From a bacterium (GTDB lineage: Bacteria; Ratteibacteria; UBA8468; B48-G9; JAFGKM01), in assembly GCA_026414725.1 (NCBI GenBank), contig JAOAIL010000001.1, forward strand, positions 136,249-200,248: a stretch of 64,000 bases of DNA, read 5' to 3'. Positions 47,352 through 56,911 of the stretch are shown here, piece after piece; the stretch's first letter is position 1; each line of letters starts with the position of its first letter. The translations under genes and the position numbers were made by a program. Under the pieces are notes generated by a model. That model did not search any database and was not told the DNA's origin. It saw only the letters and a list, made by a program, of their open reading frames with translations.

Positions 47352-47969
47352 TTATTTTCCCTTTTTCTCATCACTTATAAACGCAAGCCGTCTACATTTG
47401 GGACAGACAACTTTTAATAAATCTGTCCTCTGTATAGGTGGAATAACTTTTTCTTCAAAATCAGTTTTTATATTAAACATCTCCATAAGTTGCATAAGAA
47501 GAACTGGCTGTGCAAATCCTAAATTCCCGAGTTTTTTTAATACCCATTGAAGATGTTTTTCAGTACCTATAACCGTTCTGCAGTGTATACATGTGATAAG
47601 TTTATGTTCCACAGAATCAAGTGTATCCTGTTCATTAAAATATGCAATATCAAATTTTGTTGTAAGTTTAATCCCCTCACCTGTGATGCAATTTCTTTCA
47701 CACTCCCTACAGAATATACATCTTGATGGATACTGTATCAATACTCTTTTAGCAATACCATTTTCCAAAGTATCTTTCATATCAATTGCTTTTGCAGGAC
47801 ATACCTGAAAGCATGCCCCACAACCCACACAGATATCCTTATTATATTCTGGTTTTCCCCTGTATCTTAAAGGAGGTGTATGCGGTTTATAAGGAAAGTC
47901 GGTTGTATATGGCTTTGATAATATTCCTTTAACCGCCTCTTTCAGTTCTCTTATCTTGGGTTTCTTCAT
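47352..47969 (-). CDS. NuoI-like 2x[4Fe-4S] ferredoxin subunit (MbhN/HycF-like)
   Basis: C.GCGAC...CP and C..C..C...CP cluster motifs in a 205-aa protein next to the large subunit. Confidence 0.7.
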   Translation of the reverse strand: MKKPKIRELKEAVKGILSKPYTTDFPYKPHTPPLRYRGKPEYNKDICVGCGACFQVCPAKAIDMKDTLENGIAKRVLIQYPSRCIFCRECERNCITGEGIKLTTKFDIAYFNEQDTLDSVEHKLITCIHCRTVIGTEKHLQWVLKKLGNLGFAQPVLLMQLMEMFNIKTDFEEKVIPPIQRTDLLKVVCPKCRRLAFISDEKKGK

Positions 47970-47971
47970 AT

Positions 47972-49165
47972 TTATATCTCTCTTTTAATCTTTTCTGTCT
48001 TCTCTATAGATTTCTTTAAAAGATAATCAAAGTCGTAAAGTTTTCTTCTATTTTCTGCCTCATAGACAGCCACCCTTTCCGTACAACAATAACAGGGGTC
48101 AACACCTGCTAAAATTATCGCTACATCTGCTATGGTCTGTCCTATACAACTTGCTTTAAACGTAGGTATATTGGTATAACTCGGTGCTCTTATTTTATGT
48201 CTCACAGGTCTATTTGTCCCATCACTTCTAACATAGTGAAAACATTCTCCCCTCGGTGCCTCATGGCGTCCTATACCTTCTCCTTCAGGTATACTCCTTA
48301 CCTCTGCCTGTATCTCTCCTTTTTTCCCTTCAATTGCATCAAGACACTGCTCTATTATTTTTATTGATTCAAAACTTTCTAACAACCTAACCACTGCTTT
48401 GTCAAATACATCACCATTCTCTGTAGTAATTATTTTCCAATCAACAAGTTGATATGCAGCATATGGGTCATCCTTTCTTATATCTATTGCAACACCACTT
48501 GCCCTTGCAATAGGACCTACTGCACCAAATGCCTTTATATGTTCTTTTGTAAGAACACCTACCCCTTTAAGCCGTGCTGCGAGAACAGGGTCATCCAGAA
48601 CTGCACCTGTAAGCATCTCTAACTGTCCTTTGAGTTCAGAAAGTACCTTTCTCAGTTTAGGAATATCTTCATTCTCTATATCTCGGCGTACTCCACCAAT
48701 TTTGAACATTGCATAATGATTTCTGTTTCCTGTTATTATTTCAAACATATCAAGTACCGGTTCCCTGTATTTCCATGCCCACATAAACACGGTATTATAT
48801 CCGAGGAAGTGCCCAGCCAGTCCTACCCAGAGCAGATGACTGTGAAGTCGTTCAAGTTCTCCTATAACACTTCTTATATACCTTGCTCTTTCAGGCACTG
48901 TTATCCCGAGAAGGTCCTCCACTGCATTACAGTATGCAAACGGATGCGATGTGGAACATATACCACATATTCTTTCAACCAAAAATGTTACCTGGTCCCA
49001 GTGTTTACTTTCTGAAAGCTTTTCTATTCCACGGTGGTTATAGCCCGCCTGCCATTCTACATCCACAACTTTTTCTCCATCACAATAAAGAGCAAAAAAC
49101 TCTGGTTCTTCAAGAAGTGGATGATACGGACCTATTGGAACTATCACTTTTCTTTTATGTTCCAT
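47972..49165 (-). CDS. group 4 [NiFe]-hydrogenase large (catalytic) subunit, NuoD-like
   Basis: N-terminal L1 motif ERICGICSTSH. C-terminal L2 motif DPCYCCTER followed by a 33-aa extension (substrate for a HycI-type protease). About 400 aa as in Ech/Mbh/Hyc large subunits. Confidence 0.9.
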   Translation of the reverse strand: MEHKRKVIVPIGPYHPLLEEPEFFALYCDGEKVVDVEWQAGYNHRGIEKLSESKHWDQVTFLVERICGICSTSHPFAYCNAVEDLLGITVPERARYIRSVIGELERLHSHLLWVGLAGHFLGYNTVFMWAWKYREPVLDMFEIITGNRNHYAMFKIGGVRRDIENEDIPKLRKVLSELKGQLEMLTGAVLDDPVLAARLKGVGVLTKEHIKAFGAVGPIARASGVAIDIRKDDPYAAYQLVDWKIITTENGDVFDKAVVRLLESFESIKIIEQCLDAIEGKKGEIQAEVRSIPEGEGIGRHEAPRGECFHYVRSDGTNRPVRHKIRAPSYTNIPTFKASCIGQTIADVAIILAGVDPCYCCTERVAVYEAENRRKLYDFDYLLKKSIEKTEKIKREI

Positions 49166-49592
49166 AGTTTTCTTTCCTTAATGGATAATTTCCTTTCTCC
49201 CAGTCATCTCTTAAGAGGAAATGTTTAATATCAGGATGTCCTGTAAAGTTTATCCCTAAAAGTTCCCACATCTCACGTTCAATGTAAGAGATACCTGGAA
49301 TAATATCAATAAGTGTTTCTATTTCTGGTTTTTCCTTATCAAGATACACCCTTAAAGAAACAATAATACCTTCTTTATCAAGACCGAAATGATAGAGAAT
49401 CTCAAAACTGTCAAAATTTTCTATTCCTGATGCGATAATATATCTTGCATCAATATCTTTAAAGATAATTCTTGCACACTCCTTGATATCTTTTCTGTCA
49501 ACTGTAATATAAATCCGCTGGTTTTTATGGATATTTATATCTTTAATCCTATTCCCGAGTTTTTCTTTCAACATTCCTGTTATATCTCTCAT
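49155..49592 (-). CDS. NuoC-like (30-kDa) hydrogenase subunit
   Basis: 145 aa with the ...ERE..... / F.GHP......L-type NuoC blocks. ATGA overlap with the small subunit. Confidence 0.65.
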   Translation of the reverse strand: MRDITGMLKEKLGNRIKDINIHKNQRIYITVDRKDIKECARIIFKDIDARYIIASGIENFDSFEILYHFGLDKEGIIVSLRVYLDKEKPEIETLIDIIPGISYIEREMWELLGINFTGHPDIKHFLLRDDWEKGNYPLRKENYGT

Positions 49593-50005
49593 TTCAGTTT
49601 CTCCAGAACCTTTACTATACCTGCAATCATTGCCTCTGGTTTTGGTGGACACCCTGGTATATAAACATCTACAGGTATAAGTTTATCAATAGGACCTCCC
49701 ATCTGATATCCATCTCTAAAGATACCGCCTGTACAGGCACATGCCCCTATAGCTACAACAATACAGGGTTTTGCTGTTTGTTTATACACTTCTCTTAACC
49801 TTTCAACACATTTTTTATTCACTATCCCTGTACACAAAAGAACATCTGCATGTCTCGGACTTCCTACGAGTACAATACCAAACCTTTCAATATCAAACCT
49901 CGGTGTGAGACAGTCAAGGATTTCTATATCACAGTTATTACATGACCCACCTGACACATGATAAACCCATAGTGATTTTTTTAATGCCTTCGTTTTTATA
50001 TTCAT
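49589..50005 (-). CDS. group 4 [NiFe]-hydrogenase small subunit, NuoB-like
   Basis: GGSCNNCDIE...C...GACACTGG...GCPP is the proximal-cluster cysteine pattern of NuoB/EchC/MbhJ. AGGAGAG RBS before ATG 50005. Confidence 0.8.
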   Translation of the reverse strand: MNIKTKALKKSLWVYHVSGGSCNNCDIEILDCLTPRFDIERFGIVLVGSPRHADVLLCTGIVNKKCVERLREVYKQTAKPCIVVAIGACACTGGIFRDGYQMGGPIDKLIPVDVYIPGCPPKPEAMIAGIVKVLEKLK

Positions 50006-50073
50006 ATCTTTATCTCTCCTGCATTCTATTTTCCTCTCTCCATACAAGAAGGAAAGGGAGAGGATGAAATTTT

Positions 50074-51003
50074 TCACCACCCTGTCATTGCCAGAAATAT
50101 CCCCGCTATTCCTAATAAGGTAAACCATCCCCAGAAAAGCCGTAGTGTCTGGTCTATCCTTAACCGGGGATTGGTATTCTTAATAAGTATAAAAAGAATA
50201 AGTATAATAACATATTTAAGTATTCCTGTTATAATACCTGCAATGGAACTAAAACTTATTCCTCCTAAATATAAAGATATAAGAAATAACGGACCGGTAA
50301 TAATCAGTATTGCCTTTGTAAGTTTATATAATCCCAGTAGTATACCTGAATACTCAATAAGTGCCCCACCTGCCAACTCTCCCTCTGCCTCCGCAAGGTC
50401 AAAAGGTACCAACCCTAACTTCCCCTGTAATGCAAAAACCCCTATGATAAAGCCAACAATTCCAGAAGGAGAATCAAGTATTATCCCGCTATGCTGTTGA
50501 AACTGGATTATATTACCGAGTGAAGTTGTTAAACCACTTTTTATAGATGAAATAACCAATCCACAAACAAAAGGAAGTTCGTATCCCATAAGTAATTTCA
50601 TCTCCCTGCTTATTCCTACTGCCGCTAAGACATTACCTGAGGCACTCCCACCGAGTATGATTGAAAGAGAAGGTATGGTAAGCAGATAAAGAATAAGTAT
50701 AGCATCCGTAGGGAAACCTGCATTTGTCTTAAATATCATTATTAAAATTGCTCCTGCTGTTGTGGTAGCTATTAATCCGAGTACCGGTGCTGTAATAAAC
50801 ATAAAGATATTTGCTTTTTCTGGTATCAGAACCTCTTTACCTGCAAGTTTTACAAAATCAGCAAAGTTTTGGTACCATGGAGGACCTATACGAAACTGTA
50901 GCCGTGCTGTAACTTTTCTATCCAGCCACATAGCCATAAATCCCAATATACCAAAGGATATTAAAACCCCTATAAAGTATAGAAGTATGGATAAATTACT
51001 CAT
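50074..51003 (-). CDS. NuoH-like membrane subunit (MbhM/HycD/EchB-like)
   Basis: DRK..AR.Q.R.GP motif near the N-terminus, 8 TM. ATG 51003 overlaps the upstream stop (ATGA); an alternative TTG start is at 51030. Confidence 0.8.
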   Translation of the reverse strand: MSNLSILLYFIGVLISFGILGFMAMWLDRKVTARLQFRIGPPWYQNFADFVKLAGKEVLIPEKANIFMFITAPVLGLIATTTAGAILIMIFKTNAGFPTDAILILYLLTIPSLSIILGGSASGNVLAAVGISREMKLLMGYELPFVCGLVISSIKSGLTTSLGNIIQFQQHSGIILDSPSGIVGFIIGVFALQGKLGLVPFDLAEAEGELAGGALIEYSGILLGLYKLTKAILIITGPLFLISLYLGGISFSSIAGIITGILKYVIILILFILIKNTNPRLRIDQTLRLFWGWFTLLGIAGIFLAMTGW

Positions 51004-51491
51004 TTTTTTATTCCGTATGTATCCAGCCAATTGAAGACCTTTACAACTATATGCTCTCCAATTTGATATATATTGGTTTTATCCTTAATATCTCTTTCAT
51101 CTAAATAACTTATGGCACCACTTTTACAGGTTTTTACACAGAGAGGTTCTTCTCCTTCTTTCAACCGCCCGATACAAACATCACACCTGCTTACAAGATA
51201 TGGTATCAGTTCTTGTAATATCGTTCCGAAAGGACAGGCAAGTGAACAGGTCTTACAGGATACACAAATGATATTTGAACGTTTTACCCTGCCTTCCTCT
51301 CTTTTTAATGCACCTGTCGGACAACTATTCACACAGGGATAGTCCTCACATCTTCTGCATGCAAAAAGGAATGCAATCTCTTCTCTTAAAGCAGATATTC
51401 CTCTATTTTCTGGATGCATCTTATAACTGCATCTTATACCTTCATCCTGAAGAGTCAGAAATTTATCATAATCAATAAAGAGCTTCTTCAT
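51000..51491 (-). CDS. HycB-like polyferredoxin (multiple 4Fe-4S binding motifs)
   Basis: C..C.DYPC...CP, C..C..C.LACP and C..C......EPLC..TC cysteine arrays. GAGGT RBS 7 nt before ATG 51491. Confidence 0.65.
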   Translation of the reverse strand: MKKLFIDYDKFLTLQDEGIRCSYKMHPENRGISALREEIAFLFACRRCEDYPCVNSCPTGALKREEGRVKRSNIICVSCKTCSLACPFGTILQELIPYLVSRCDVCIGRLKEGEEPLCVKTCKSGAISYLDERDIKDKTNIYQIGEHIVVKVFNWLDTYGIKK

Positions 51492-51501
51492 AACTTTAAC
51501 C

Positions 51502-52332
51502 TCATGCCCATATATTGGGCTCATCCTTTATCTGGTCATAGGTAAATACAGGACCATCTTTACATACAAACAAATCTCCTATAAGACAGTGTCTGCAATG
51601 TCCTACAGCACAATACATCTTCCTTTCCATAGAAAGATATATCTGTGTATCTTTATATCCAATCTCTAAAAGTTTCAATGTGGTAAACTTCATCATTATA
51701 GGAGGACCACAAACAACAGCCACAGAATTTTTTATATCAATATCAAGCCCGTCAAGTGTCTTTGTTACAACTCCTTCTCCGTATTTCCATGCTTCATCCT
51801 TCTTATCCACAGTTATCCTGAAAGATAAAGGGTGTTTCTCACAGAGTTTTTGCCATTTATCAAATATCATATCTTTATATATATAATCAGCAGGTGTTTT
51901 CGCTCCACAACAGAAAACAATTCTTCTATAATTGGTAATGGTCTCTACTAAAGCAAAAAAGAGCGACCGTATGGGAGCAAGTCCTACTCCCCCACCAACC
52001 AACAACACTTCCTTACCATTATAAACATCCAGAGGATAGGGCTTCCCATAAGGACCACGGACACCTACTATATCACCTTTTTTAAGATTATGTATTGCAT
52101 CTGTTACCCTTCCTGTCCTCATTACTGTAAACTCAAGTTTTTCTCTATCATAAGGAGATGAAGAAGGAGTAAAGGGTGCTTCACCTATACCTGGAACTGT
52201 AAGAGATGCAAACTGCCCGGCAAGGAAAGAAAATTCTTCCTCAGGTTTCAGGACAACTGTCTTTATAGTAGGAGATTCAGTAATAACATCCCTTACTTCA
52301 CACCTTATAGGTCTGTAAATATTTTTATCCAT
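51502..52332 (-). CDS. sulfhydrogenase gamma / AsrB / PyrK-like FAD- and NAD(P)-binding subunit with C-terminal [2Fe-2S]
   Basis: Ferredoxin-NADP-reductase-like fold: FAD site ...PYD..., NAD(P) site LLVGGGVGLAPI, C-terminal C....C..C...........C cluster (CAVGHCRHC...C). Confidence 0.7.
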   Translation of the reverse strand: MDKNIYRPIRCEVRDVITESPTIKTVVLKPEEEFSFLAGQFASLTVPGIGEAPFTPSSSPYDREKLEFTVMRTGRVTDAIHNLKKGDIVGVRGPYGKPYPLDVYNGKEVLLVGGGVGLAPIRSLFFALVETITNYRRIVFCCGAKTPADYIYKDMIFDKWQKLCEKHPLSFRITVDKKDEAWKYGEGVVTKTLDGLDIDIKNSVAVVCGPPIMMKFTTLKLLEIGYKDTQIYLSMERKMYCAVGHCRHCLIGDLFVCKDGPVFTYDQIKDEPNIWA

Positions 52333-52339
52333 TTTATAC

Positions 52340-53347
52340 CTACTGTCGCTCCCTCAATACTTCTGTAATAACCTTCCTTTTATCAATTTTTCCTGCACAT
52401 CCAACAATACATCTTCCACAACCGGTACATCCGGTTATTCCATAATTTTCCACCATATACCAGTACTTACATAACAGACGGTTTGCATATCTATCCTGAA
52501 GCGTTGGTCTGGGAGAATCACCTGCTGCCATTCTTGCATATCCAGGAAAGAGACAACTGTCCCATACTTTAACCTTCCTGTCCTCTTCCTGTGTTCCTGT
52601 ATCTTCAAGTAAAAAGCATACACATGAGGGACAGTTGTTTGTACAACTTCCACACTGAACACAATTTTCTATATCTTTTGGTCTTCTCCATAACTCCGTC
52701 TGGTATGCCCCTTTGAATTTTTCCTTAACCCCTTCAAAATAAAAATCCCTGTTGGACTCCTTAATTATCTCTACTGTTTTCTTTCTATTCTGTTCCCTTT
52801 TATTTATCTGTTCCTTAGTTGCCTGAAAAAATTTCTGGTCTCCACCTATAAAAGAACACCCTTTATCAGAACCAATATCTACAAGCAGACCCTCTTCAAG
52901 AAAAGATATATTCAAGTCAAATACATCTTCAGGATAAGGATGTGTCCCTATAAGTTCACAGAAACAGGTAGGATAAGGAGAAAGACAGTCAGAACCTATA
53001 ATAAGAACTTTCTCTCTTCTATTAGTATAGTTAGGGTCTCTGTAGTCCCCTTCCATGAAAATCTTATCCAGTATCTTTAACCCATTTATATCACAGGCAG
53101 TAACACCCATAATAACAATCTCCGGTATCTGATACACCTCAGGGACAACCCTCTCTTTGAAAGGGGTGAAAAACAGTTTAAGTGGTTCAACAGTCCTTAC
53201 CCTGTTATATATAATATCAATATCTGGAGCAACCTTTTTATAAAATAGTTTCTTTTCATATTCAAAAGGGGCAAAAATAGAAATTATTTCTGCTTTCCCT
53301 TTTATAAAACTATCCCAATCCTTTTTGGTTATATATAATGTCTCCAT
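52340..53347 (-). CDS. sulfhydrogenase beta / AsrA-like iron-sulfur subunit
   Basis: 335 aa with CVQCGSCTNNCPSCVC and CTGCGRCIVGC cysteine motifs and length typical of HydB/AsrA. First gene of the minus-strand hydrogenase operon. Confidence 0.65.
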   Translation of the reverse strand: METLYITKKDWDSFIKGKAEIISIFAPFEYEKKLFYKKVAPDIDIIYNRVRTVEPLKLFFTPFKERVVPEVYQIPEIVIMGVTACDINGLKILDKIFMEGDYRDPNYTNRREKVLIIGSDCLSPYPTCFCELIGTHPYPEDVFDLNISFLEEGLLVDIGSDKGCSFIGGDQKFFQATKEQINKREQNRKKTVEIIKESNRDFYFEGVKEKFKGAYQTELWRRPKDIENCVQCGSCTNNCPSCVCFLLEDTGTQEEDRKVKVWDSCLFPGYARMAAGDSPRPTLQDRYANRLLCKYWYMVENYGITGCTGCGRCIVGCAGKIDKRKVITEVLRERQ

Positions 53348-53365
53348 TTGTGATTATATTCACAA
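53348..53365 (-). promoter_or_regulatory. perfect CRP/FNR-family-type palindrome TTGTGA-N6-TCACAA abutting the first start codon of the hydrogenase operon
   Basis: Read directly: TTGTGATTATATTCACAA at 53348-53365. The ATG of the AsrA-like gene is at 53347-53345 on the minus strand. Confidence 0.35.
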
Positions 53366-53516
53366 AGTCATCCAAAAAAATTTGTAATAGATTAAGACCA
53401 ATTTTTATAGTTGTCAAATTTTTTTAATGGGGTAATCATACCAGATAAAAATACTTCTGTCAAAAAATTTTTAAATAGTTGATTTTAGTTAATAAGACAG
53501 ATATAATAATTAAACT

Positions 53517-54701
53517 ATGATTATAAAAAATATAGAATCAAAGAGAATAAAGAATCTTCCTGTATATATATTTCAAGACATCAATACGAGAAAGTTGAAG
53601 TTAAGAAGGGAAGGTAGAGATATTATTGACCTCGGAATGGGAAATCCTGATAGACCCACACCAAAACCAGTTATTGATAAACTCATAGAGGTTGCTAAAG
53701 ATAAAAAAGCTCACAGGTACAGTGCATCAAAGGGGATACCTCATCTCAGAAGAGAAATATGCAACTGGTACAATAAAAGATTTGGAGTGAAACTTGACCC
53801 TGATGAAGAAGCGGTTGTATGTATAGGTTCCAAAGAAGGAATCAGTCATCTTGCACTTGCGGTATTTGACCGTGGGGATATAGTCCTTGTTCCCAATCCT
53901 ACATATCCCAGCCATCTATACAGTGTTATTATTGCTGGTGCGAAAATTAAAGATATGCCTCTTATAAAGGGAAATAATTTCATTCCCATACTTTCTGATT
54001 CTCTGGTTAAAGGTAAAAAACCAAAGGCAATGATTGTAAGTTATCCTAATAATCCAACAGCACAAGTAACCGAGATTGAGTTTTTTAGAGAAGTGGTGAG
54101 GTTTGCGAAAAAACATAATATATTTGTTATACATGATATTGCCTATTCTGAACTGTGTTTTGATGGATATAAAGCACCAAGTTTCCTTCAGGTAGAAGGT
54201 GCAAAGGATATCGGTATTGAGTTTTATTCACTTTCTAAAACATATAATATGGCTGGCTGGCGTGTGGGATTTGCTGTAGGGAATAAACATATTATTGGAG
54301 CGCTTACCAAACTTAAAAGTTATTATGACTATGGAATCTTTACTCCTGTTCAGGTTGCTGCTATTTCTGCTCTGAAGCTTGAGCAGAGATATATTGATGA
54401 GGTTGTTGACACTTATAGAAAAAGGAGAGATGTTCTTGTAGATGGTCTGAACAGGGTGGGATGGAAGGTTGAGAAACCAAAAGCAACGATGTATGTATGG
54501 GCTGAAATACCTGAAAAGTTCAAAGATATGGGGTCTGTAAAATTCTCATTATATCTTTTAGAAAAAGCAGATGTTGCTGTCTCTCCTGGAGCAGGCTTTG
54601 GCAAGTATGGTGAGGGTTTTGTAAGAATTGCACTCGTTGAAAATGAACAGAGGATAAGGCAGGCGATCAGGTCTATAAAACGGCTCTTTAACAACGTATA
54701 A
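53517..54701 (+). CDS. class I/II PLP-dependent aminotransferase (AspC/DapL-like)
   Basis: N-terminal ...IKNLP.YIF..I....K.....G.DIIDLG.GNPD is typical of this family. 394 aa. Confidence 0.7.
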   Translation: MIIKNIESKRIKNLPVYIFQDINTRKLKLRREGRDIIDLGMGNPDRPTPKPVIDKLIEVAKDKKAHRYSASKGIPHLRREICNWYNKRFGVKLDPDEEAVVCIGSKEGISHLALAVFDRGDIVLVPNPTYPSHLYSVIIAGAKIKDMPLIKGNNFIPILSDSLVKGKKPKAMIVSYPNNPTAQVTEIEFFREVVRFAKKHNIFVIHDIAYSELCFDGYKAPSFLQVEGAKDIGIEFYSLSKTYNMAGWRVGFAVGNKHIIGALTKLKSYYDYGIFTPVQVAAISALKLEQRYIDEVVDTYRKRRDVLVDGLNRVGWKVEKPKATMYVWAEIPEKFKDMGSVKFSLYLLEKADVAVSPGAGFGKYGEGFVRIALVENEQRIRQAIRSIKRLFNNV

Positions 54702-54707
54702 AATCTA

Positions 54708-54736
54708 TTGACATAGGGAGATAAATAAGGTAATAT
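54708..54736 (+). promoter_or_regulatory. sigma70-like promoter TTGACA-17 nt-TAATAT
   Basis: Consensus -35 at 54708-54713, TAATAT at 54731-54736. About 175 nt upstream of a small ORF. Confidence 0.35.
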
Positions 54737-54910
54737 ATAAATAGAAAGAGAAAATGTTCTTTGATAATTGAAGTTCCAATAAATAGATTATAGCCATTCT
54801 TATTATCTTTTCTAAAAAGAGAATTCTGTAATAATTTATAATAGAGGTATTTTTCTTATCAAAAGGGACTCCTGTTATCTTTATTATTTCCCTGAAAGGA
54901 GGTGAGAAAG

Positions 54911-55129
54911 GTGAACCACCATATCCATCTGACTTTTTTGAACGATACTATGATTGAGAAACTCTATGAATTAAGGAAAAGAGGTAAGAGATTGAAAGAA
55001 TTAGATTATAGTCATAATAGTGAAGATGATGAGGTTCTACCGGTCAATCCAAACGATTATGAGGAACGGCTTGATAAGGGATTTAAAATGTTTGAGATGG
55101 CTCAGAGAGGTTATCCTGAAGATGAATGA
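54911..55129 (+). CDS. small acidic hypothetical protein (about 72 aa)
   Basis: Open frame only. GGAGG is 10 nt upstream of GTG 54911; the track's 54902 GTG is immediately adjacent to the RBS. Confidence 0.25.
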   Translation: MNHHIHLTFLNDTMIEKLYELRKRGKRLKELDYSHNSEDDEVLPVNPNDYEERLDKGFKMFEMAQRGYPEDE

Positions 55130-56007
55130 CCGGAGTCCCTTATTGGAGTGAAGTTTAACCACTGGTCAGGATAGTCCATAATAACCTTTTCCATTACCTC
55201 TGCACCTTTAGAAACGAGAAAGTCAATCTTCTCTTCCTCTGTAAAAGAAGAAGGGGGAGTGGGTATTTTATTAAAAAAGAACCTGTAATGTCTTCCTTCT
55301 CTTACGAGAAATCCTGTAACAAGTGGTGTTTTTGTTTTTACCGAAAGTGTTGCAGGACCACGTGGTATTACAGTATCAACACCCAAAAACTTTATACTCA
55401 TCCCTTTTTCCGTAAAAACCCTGTCTCCAAGTACTGCAAGGACCCTGTTCTCTCTCAATGTTCTTAAAAGTTTTTTAGGATTTTCTCCTGTTAAAATTAC
55501 TTCAAGGCCCCTTGAGTTTCTAATTTCCTTACATATCTTTGTAACAGAAGAATTAATGTATGGAATTGCAACTGCTGTAACCTTATATCCAAGTATAGAA
55601 GCAATAACACCTGATAATTCCCAGTTGCCTATATGGGCTGTGAGTGCAATTACTCCATTACCTCCTTTCAAATACTCATCAAGAAATTCTATATTTTCAA
55701 TCTTTACTTTCTTTTCAACATATCTTTTGTTCCATCTCGGGATATAAAAGAAATCAGCCAGATATATTCCAAAATTATAAAAAGCATTTTTGACAAGACG
55801 ATTTAATTCCTTCTCTGTATAAGATATTCCTGTTATCTGTTTTCTATATTCAAGTATAATCCTTATATTATCTTTAACTATCTTTCTTGTATCTTTCTGA
55901 ATTATATACCTGAACTCTGCGTTTCTTCTTGCAATCCAGTACAGAATGGGAAGGGGAAAATACCTTCCCATAAATACCATTACTTTATAAATCAGGGTGT
56001 AATACAT
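55111..56007 (-). CDS. lysophospholipid/lipid A acyltransferase (LpxL/HtrB family)
   Basis: H(X)4D-type block LTAHIGNWEL and an overall length of 298 aa, typical of Kdo2-lipid IVA acyltransferases. Confidence 0.6.
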   Translation of the reverse strand: MYYTLIYKVMVFMGRYFPLPILYWIARRNAEFRYIIQKDTRKIVKDNIRIILEYRKQITGISYTEKELNRLVKNAFYNFGIYLADFFYIPRWNKRYVEKKVKIENIEFLDEYLKGGNGVIALTAHIGNWELSGVIASILGYKVTAVAIPYINSSVTKICKEIRNSRGLEVILTGENPKKLLRTLRENRVLAVLGDRVFTEKGMSIKFLGVDTVIPRGPATLSVKTKTPLVTGFLVREGRHYRFFFNKIPTPPSSFTEEEKIDFLVSKGAEVMEKVIMDYPDQWLNFTPIRDSGHSSSG

Positions 56008-56021
56008 ATAAGTTAAGTAAA

Positions 56022-56615
56022 CTACAGTATTTTTCTATATTCTATTGCCTTTTTGAGTGTCTGGGTACCTACATACTCTATCTCAGAACCGACAGGAAGT
56101 CCATATGCCAGTCGTGAGTGTTTTATACCCATACCCTTAAGTATATCAGAAATGTAAGAAGCAGTATTTTCTCCTTCAGGTGTTGGATTTGTGGCAATGA
56201 TAACCTCTTCTATCGGTTCACTCTTAAGCCGTTCTATGAGTTGTGGTATGGTAAGTTTTTCAGGAGGTATTCTGTCCAGAGGAGCGATATTACCTCCAAG
56301 TACATGGTACCTTCCCCTAAAACCGGTCTTTTCTATGAGTATAAGGTCCTTCACTTCTTCTACAACACATAAAGTTCTCTCCCTTTTCTCATCTCGACAT
56401 ATCTTACATATCTCATCTTCGGAAAGATTAAAACACTTTTTACACAGATAGATATCTTTTTTAACAGAGACAAAATTTTCTGCGAGAGACAGAACATCCT
56501 TCTCTTCTTCTGTAAGGATATAGTGGACAATCCTTTCTGCGCTTCTCGGTCCTATCCCTGGAAGTTTTACAAGTTTTTCTATAAGTTTTTCTACCTTTTC
56601 TGGATAATAACCCAT
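56022..56615 (-). CDS. recR: recombination protein RecR
   Basis: LPGIGPRSAERI (HhH), C..C....C..C zinc finger, Toprim segment. 197 aa. Confidence 0.85.
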   Translation of the reverse strand: MGYYPEKVEKLIEKLVKLPGIGPRSAERIVHYILTEEEKDVLSLAENFVSVKKDIYLCKKCFNLSEDEICKICRDEKRERTLCVVEEVKDLILIEKTGFRGRYHVLGGNIAPLDRIPPEKLTIPQLIERLKSEPIEEVIIATNPTPEGENTASYISDILKGMGIKHSRLAYGLPVGSEIEYVGTQTLKKAIEYRKIL

Positions 56616-56620
56616 TTTTA

Positions 56621-56911
56621 TTAAAACCCTAATGTTGATTTCATCTCAGAACTTATTATCTTTTCTATCTCTCTCTGTGCTGATGTAAATGTATTCTTCA
56701 GAAGTTTCTCAAGATATCCCTTGTTTTCTGGTTTCATTATATCAGGAGATATATCAATAGAGATTAACTCCATCTTACCATTAATAACAAGTTTAATCTC
56801 CCCTTTGGGTGAAGAGACCTCCACTGTTTTTGAACGTAAAATCCGTTCAAACTGTGCTGCCTGTTGTTTCAACTGCCCTATCTGTTTTAAACTGTCAAAT
56901 ATATTCACCAT
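56621..56911 (-). CDS. ybaB: YbaB/EbfC nucleoid-associated protein
   Basis: 96 aa, between dnaX and recR as in the conserved dnaX-ybaB-recR arrangement. Confidence 0.8.
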   Translation of the reverse strand: MVNIFDSLKQIGQLKQQAAQFERILRSKTVEVSSPKGEIKLVINGKMELISIDISPDIMKPENKGYLEKLLKNTFTSAQREIEKIISSEMKSTLGF

